Shown: positions 60,287-64,000 of the stretch, piece after piece
Numbering within the stretch: the first letter of the stretch is position 1
How the letters are laid out: every line of letters starts with the position of its first letter
Source: a virus
Direction: 5' to 3' (one strand)
DNA: 64,000 nt
Virus record (IMG/VR): IMGVR_UViG_3300032431_000006
Location: 1-64,000 of that record
The notes under the pieces: model-generated
What the model saw: the letters and a program-made list of their open reading frames with translations, nothing else
Told to the model about the DNA's origin: nothing
Database searches by the model: none
Translations under genes and position numbers: made by a program

Positions 60287-60311
60287 TGGGTACGTTAGTA
60301 ACGTACCCATC
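60285..60311. repeat. 27-nt perfect palindrome
   Basis: GATGGGTACGTTA-g-TAACGTACCCATC. Confidence 0.85.
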
Positions 60312-60349
60312 TTAGACGGTCTAAATCGGGAACACTGCCGATCGCCCGC

Positions 60350-60376
60350 AAAGATTCCCAACACTGGGATTAATCC
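60350..60376. repeat. hairpin motif copy 41
   Basis: aaagattcccaacactgggattaatcc; identical to copy 39. Confidence 0.9.
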
Positions 60377-60471
60377 TCAAGAATAAACCCGCAAATTCTT
60401 TGAAGTGCTAAGCCTAAGCTCGTCTATTTTCGATTAGTTCGAGTTTAGAATCCCCACGCCTTTAGGCTGGG

Positions 60472-61167
60472 GTGTATGTCAAACACACTGAGCAAGAATT
60501 TTTGAGCTTCATTCGAGATCAGGCAATGCCTAACGGAAATTTGAGCATCCGTGGTGTCGCGCGCTGCTGTAGTGTTGATGATACTAGCATCATCCGAGGT
60601 GCTGACTTCAAGTCGGCAAAATTAGGTCAAACCCTTACAGAGTATGGGTTTAAGCCTGCTGACTTGGTAGAGAATGGCTTTTCCCCGCAGGCTGTTTGGC
60701 TAGCGATCGAATACTTCGCTTATGAATCAAAAGCAGCCGCCCCGATGGCTAAGCAGTTGGCTCGAACGTTTGGGGCGATCGGGATAAAACACGTTGTCAG
60801 CCAACTAACAGCACCCACGCCAGAACCGCCCCGACAGTTGCCGACATCTTTTGAGGTATTAATAGAAGCTACAAAACTGTTGCCAAGTATCACTAACCCA
60901 ATAATCAAAGCAGCGTTTGAGCAGCGCTTAGCAGAGGAATTGGGAGCAAACAACGCTCTACCAGGAAGTCAAGCTAAACCCGTCATAGCAGCCGTTTTAG
61001 CGCGGGATCTTGGCTATTCTTTAAAACCCGGTGAAGATGCAAAATTGGGTAAGTGGGTGAGGACTTCTCACGAACCTTTGGGGCAAACTCAACACGGACG
61101 CTATCAAGTCAATGTGTACGATCGCACCCCAGAATTAGAGGCAACGATTCGCGGGTTTTTTGACTAA
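60472..61167 (+). CDS. paralog family D-related protein (GTG start)
   Basis: EFLSFIRDQ and AIEYFAYESKAAAPMAKQLARTFGAIG parallel 50286..51077; no ATG upstream of the homologous region. Confidence 0.55.
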   Translation: MYVKHTEQEFLSFIRDQAMPNGNLSIRGVARCCSVDDTSIIRGADFKSAKLGQTLTEYGFKPADLVENGFSPQAVWLAIEYFAYESKAAAPMAKQLARTFGAIGIKHVVSQLTAPTPEPPRQLPTSFEVLIEATKLLPSITNPIIKAAFEQRLAEELGANNALPGSQAKPVIAAVLARDLGYSLKPGEDAKLGKWVRTSHEPLGQTQHGRYQVNVYDRTPELEATIRGFFD

Positions 61168-61180
61168 CCCGATCGCCCGC

Positions 61181-61212
61181 AAAGATTAATCCCAACGCTG
61201 GGATTAATCTTT
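61181..61212. repeat. hairpin motif copy 42 (fullest form)
   Basis: aaagattaatccca-acgc-tgggattaatcttt; perfect 14-bp arms. Confidence 0.9.
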
Positions 61213-61909
61213 AAATAATTGTTGTAACGATCGTAACAGTTCCTATTTTGGGGAATTGATTTGCTGCTGTAATTAAATTAGATATAGGTGCTGAAATTGC
61301 CACGTCATCAATACCCGCGATCGAGCGGATAGCTGCTGTTAAATCACTAGGACGGATGGTCGCGCCTAATTTCAGTTTAGACACGGCATAGTTGCTTACA
61401 GCGGTTGTGGCTAGAGCTTGTAAGGCGATCGGATTACCGCTTACGGTAATAGTTGCATTAAAATTCCATGTGACCTGAGTTGCTGCGGATACGGTGTAAG
61501 TATCACAGATATTTTTAACTGTAGGGCTATTCAAATAAGCCTGTAACCCGGCAATTTGACCCGCGCTGGGTGTACCTGTTTTTGCTAATAGAAAGACCTG
61601 TATACTCATCGGAGTGTTCGTGTTAGCAACATTCACATCCGCCACATCAGTATATGCTCGTGATAAAGCAATAATTGCCTCTTTATTCCCCGCGCCATAA
61701 GGGAGTAAATATATCTCGGTTTTATACTTCTCATACGCTGCAACAATTGCCGTCTCAGTGTCAATTTTTGCCCATGACGCAATTAAAACTAAAACCTCTC
61801 TATAAGCCCATTCTAGCGATCCGATCGTCAAGTTTTGACCGGATAATTCAAACCATTTTGTAGCTATGCGATCGCGCAAAGCTGCTAAATTCAAATCAGA
61901 TTGAAACAT
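61211..61909 (-). CDS. baseplate J-like protein
   Basis: 232 aa; C-terminal IRPSDLTAAIRSIAGIDDVAISAP resembles Baseplate_J family ends; follows the gp25-like gene. Confidence 0.5.
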   Translation of the reverse strand: MFQSDLNLAALRDRIATKWFELSGQNLTIGSLEWAYREVLVLIASWAKIDTETAIVAAYEKYKTEIYLLPYGAGNKEAIIALSRAYTDVADVNVANTNTPMSIQVFLLAKTGTPSAGQIAGLQAYLNSPTVKNICDTYTVSAATQVTWNFNATITVSGNPIALQALATTAVSNYAVSKLKLGATIRPSDLTAAIRSIAGIDDVAISAPISNLITAANQFPKIGTVTIVTTII

Positions 61910-62189
61910 TTATTTGTTTGCCATTTAAATAAACACTAACCCGATCGCCTTCGACTTCTATACTATCGATCGAGAATGGTAAATATCTCTCAATCATAGC
62001 GGTAATTTGTTCTACCGGATCGACGGCATCCCGATCGCGCCCAAAATCCCAGTTAAACGGAATTTCCCAGTGATGGGAATTTAAACAAAGCGTTAATATC
62101 TGACGTTGAGATTGAAACCCAGAAACAGGCTCATTTATTTTCCCGAATTGCATCATCATGTCTTGTATTGTGGTATAGTGGAATAACAA
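61896..62189 (-). CDS. gp25/W-like baseplate wedge protein
   Basis: 97 aa; size and position between the gpD-like and J-like genes; contains an in-frame hairpin-motif copy. Confidence 0.45.
   Translation of the reverse strand: MLFHYTTIQDMMMQFGKINEPVSGFQSQRQILTLCLNSHHWEIPFNWDFGRDRDAVDPVEQITAMIERYLPFSIDSIEVEGDRVSVYLNGKQINVSI
62064..62079. repeat. hairpin motif copy 43 (inside a CDS)
   Basis: ttcccagtgatgggaa; inside the gp25-like gene. Confidence 0.7.
62171..62179 (+). promoter_or_regulatory. promoter (TGgTATAGT)
   Basis: Upstream of 62208..62489; lies inside the start of the divergent gene. Confidence 0.45.
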
Positions 62190-62207
62190 ACTAAAGAGAA
62201 TAAAGTC

Positions 62208-62489
62208 ATGGGAAAATTTAAGAAAGAAGAAGACCGATTAATTGCCGTTAACTGCACTATTAGCAAAAGTGATCTAGAGTTGGCAGAAATGATGGGGAGT
62301 AAATTAGTAGACGGCAAAACGGTCGTCAATACTTCTTTAGGTCTCAGGCAAGTCTTTGATGCTGTCAGAAGGTTTGGGCAAGCTCTGCAAGTCTTGGAGA
62401 ATATCAGAGCTAACCCGCGTCAATCTAGAAAGTTAGTCGATGCTTTTTTGGGGCCTCTTGAAATTAAGGAGGCAAGTAGCGACAGCTAA
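62208..62489 (+). CDS. hypothetical protein (opposite-strand insert)
   Basis: 93 aa; TGgTATAGT promoter 62171-62179. Confidence 0.45.
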   Translation: MGKFKKEEDRLIAVNCTISKSDLELAEMMGSKLVDGKTVVNTSLGLRQVFDAVRRFGQALQVLENIRANPRQSRKLVDAFLGPLEIKEASSDS

Positions 62490-63402
62490 GGGACGCAACC
62501 CAATCCAGTTTATCCTGAGTGTCGATCGTGTGAATAACGCGATCGACAAAAGCCGATCGCCCGTCTAACGTAAAAACACTGCCTGCTATCATTCTCCAGT
62601 CTCCCAGAATTTCAAAGTCGAATAAATAGTTAGCCCCGTTGATCCGCCTTAATTGGTCGCGCGCTGCTATTACCATTAAGTTTTCGTCATCCGCTCCGAC
62701 ACCCGCTCCCCTATAGGTGATTATTTTACCATTAGAAACGCGGGTATCTTCAACTCTGATATATTCCCTATCTCCAAATAATACCACCTCATAATCAATA
62801 TATTGATAAGTTTCTGTACCTAAAATTGTCTCCGAATAATTTATAAATTGTGTTGAATTAATAGCAAATAACGGCGGGCGGGTTTCTAAGTCTATAAGCA
62901 ATGTAAAAATTAACTCTCTGTTTTCTATCTTGAAAACAGCGCCGATCCTATTTGCCAACCCGTTTAAAAAATCAAGGTCTGACTGGTTAGTCTGTGCTAT
63001 TTGCGAAAATTCTATATCAGGTAAATCAAGGGTAAATACTGACAATTGATAGCGTTCTGCTATCTCTTCGAGTATGTCTATTAATCTATATTCTGAATAA
63101 TCCGCATCCCGTTTGAGCTTCAACTGAGGATCTGACAATGGCAACCCGGTCGCTGCGATCGTTCTTAGGTTATTTTGCAGGCTGATCCGATCGACTTCAA
63201 ATAAACCCGCTTTAAGCCTGTATACCGAGTCTACACGCCCTATTTCTAACTCGATAGTAGCTTTAGGCGCGATCGGGATTATGCCTCTGTCAATGACGCT
63301 TAACTCGATATCCGGCGATCCTCCTGTTAGCGGGTCACTATAGCTGAGTTTTACAACGTCTGTTATCAATCTGGGATAGTTGAGTCTGATTAAACTTGGC
63401 AT
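62464..63402 (-). CDS. gpD-like baseplate hub / late control D-like protein
   Basis: 312 aa; N-terminal layout (short edge strand, IELEIGRVDS...GLFEVDRISL, DILEEIAERYQL) resembles the P2 gpD / Mu gp44 family. Confidence 0.6.
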   Translation of the reverse strand: MPSLIRLNYPRLITDVVKLSYSDPLTGGSPDIELSVIDRGIIPIAPKATIELEIGRVDSVYRLKAGLFEVDRISLQNNLRTIAATGLPLSDPQLKLKRDADYSEYRLIDILEEIAERYQLSVFTLDLPDIEFSQIAQTNQSDLDFLNGLANRIGAVFKIENRELIFTLLIDLETRPPLFAINSTQFINYSETILGTETYQYIDYEVVLFGDREYIRVEDTRVSNGKIITYRGAGVGADDENLMVIAARDQLRRINGANYLFDFEILGDWRMIAGSVFTLDGRSAFVDRVIHTIDTQDKLDWVASLSCRYLPP

Positions 63403-63407
63403 ACTTT

Positions 63408-63435
63408 AGATCCCAGTGTTGGGAATAATTAATCC
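63408..63435. repeat. hairpin motif copy 44
   Basis: agatcccagtgttgggaataattaatcc; 6 nt upstream of the gpD-like ATG. Confidence 0.85.
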
Positions 63436-63482
63436 TAGTATACCGCGCGCCGTTCGCCTCGATTTAATCGCCCGATCGCCCC

Positions 63483-63610
63483 GTCACCCGCCGTCACAGG
63501 ATAGGGAGAAAGTCATACAACATACTGATATTTATAATATATATGACGTTCTATGACAGCATCAAACCTATACGCTGTAACGGTTTTACCCCAATATCAA
63601 AACGGGTCGG
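63483..63610 (+). repeat. composite element E9
   Basis: GTCACCCGCCGTCACAGGATAGGGAGAAAGTCATAC...TATAAT...TTCTATGAC plus the conserved tail. Confidence 0.9.
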
Positions 63611-63627
63611 TGGCTGAGGGCGATCGG

Positions 63628-63651
63628 CCGTTACTGGGATCGCAGTAACGG
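63628..63651. repeat. GATC-loop hairpin H6
   Basis: CCGTTACTG-ggatcg-CAGTAACGG. Confidence 0.8.
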
Positions 63652-63680
63652 GATCTAACGCGGGCGATCGCCTTTAAAAC

Positions 63681-63702
63681 CATTACTCGGATCTGAGTAA
63701 TG
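63681..63702. repeat. GATC-loop hairpin H7
   Basis: CATTACTC-ggatct-GAGTAATG. Confidence 0.8.
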
Positions 63703-63718
63703 CTCAGCCGATCGCCCC

Positions 63719-63830
63719 GTCACAGAATAGGGAGAAAGTCATAGGACACACGATATATTTTATAATATATGACATCCTGTGACAGACTAAAACCTATACA
63801 GTGTAACGGTTTTACCCCAATATTAAAACA
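63719..63830 (+). repeat. composite element E10
   Basis: GTCACAGAATAGGGAGAAAGTCATAGGACA...TATAAT...TCCTGTGAC plus the conserved tail. Confidence 0.9.
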
Positions 63831-63872
63831 GCTTTAAAAATACTTTGCTAAAACACTTGACATCTTTTAGGA

Positions 63873-63881
63873 TGGTATAGT
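63873..63881 (+). promoter_or_regulatory. promoter (TGgTATAGT)
   Basis: Upstream box AAATACTTTGCTAAAACACTTGACA; possible ATG at 63988 at the window edge. Confidence 0.5.
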
Positions 63882-64000
63882 ATATTAAATGTATTCCCAC
63901 CGGGAGCGAAAGCTTGCCAAATAGCAGTGTAAATCGGGATGGAACTAGAGGCTAAGCCTTGCGCTGCTACATCAAAAATACAATTGAATGACCGAGCAAA

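Larger units (their letters stand above)
59378..60402 (+). mobile_element. Bro-N gene cassette bounded by direct repeats of about 65 bp
   Basis: ccgatcgcccgcaaagattcccaacactgggattaatcctcaagaataaacccgcaaattcttt at 59378-59442 and 60338-60402. Confidence 0.45.

Noticed and set aside
1-64000. tRNA, tmRNA or rRNA genes
   Set aside because: Scanning by eye found no GGTTCGAATCC-type T-arm next to an acceptor-stem complement, and no rRNA-like stretch. A tRNAscan-SE or ARAGORN run would be needed for a definitive negative.
1-64000. Integrase or attachment site, and hence a call of prophage versus lytic phage
   Set aside because: No tyrosine or serine recombinase signature was seen in any ORF in this window, and no flanking host genes are present. 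Lifestyle cannot be decided from this window.

Overview
This window looks like a large part of a contractile-tailed cyanophage or prophage genome. The cyanobacterial HIP1 octamer GCGATCGC and its CGATCG core are very frequent, and no host housekeeping genes, rRNA, tRNA, CRISPR array or integrase are visible.

Gene modules:
- Minus-strand morphogenesis, 17.5 to 0.2 kb: small and large terminase, portal, S78-type prohead protease-scaffold, capsid, sheath, tube, tape measure.
- Minus-strand baseplate and fibre, 63.4 to 56.8 kb: gpD-like, gp25/W-like, J-like, fibre, gpI-like.
- Minus-strand replication and modification, 31.2 to 22.2 kb: Toprim primase-helicase, SF2 helicase, SWIM protein, C5 methyltransferase.
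- Plus-strand block, 32.6 to 47.8 kb: FtsK-like ATPase, T5orf172 nuclease-like protein, Dam-class methyltransferase, ParB-like fusion protein, DUF932 protein, two acidic repeat proteins.
- At least 13 genes from five KilA-N / Bro-N / antirepressor-like paralog families and four fibre-like paralogs are scattered throughout as single-gene cassettes.

The most unusual content is non-coding:
1. An 18-32 bp palindromic hairpin motif (core TTCCCA-N4-TGGGAA) in 44 copies, at nearly every gene boundary.
2. Ten co-oriented 50-145 bp composite elements, each with nested inverted repeats around a TATAAT core and a conserved tail of about 75 nt.
3. A 1 kb ORF-free region (44.6-45.6 kb) packed with G/C-clamped and alternative hairpins.
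4. Hairpins with conserved GATC loops and covarying stems.
5. A 0.8 kb tandem-repeat, G-run and AT-rich region (20.3-21.2 kb).
6. Highly stereotyped promoters (TGnTATAAT), 5' leaders and terminators, so most genes look like separate transcription units.

Protein family calls rest on motifs read by eye and recalled family signatures. No searches were run.
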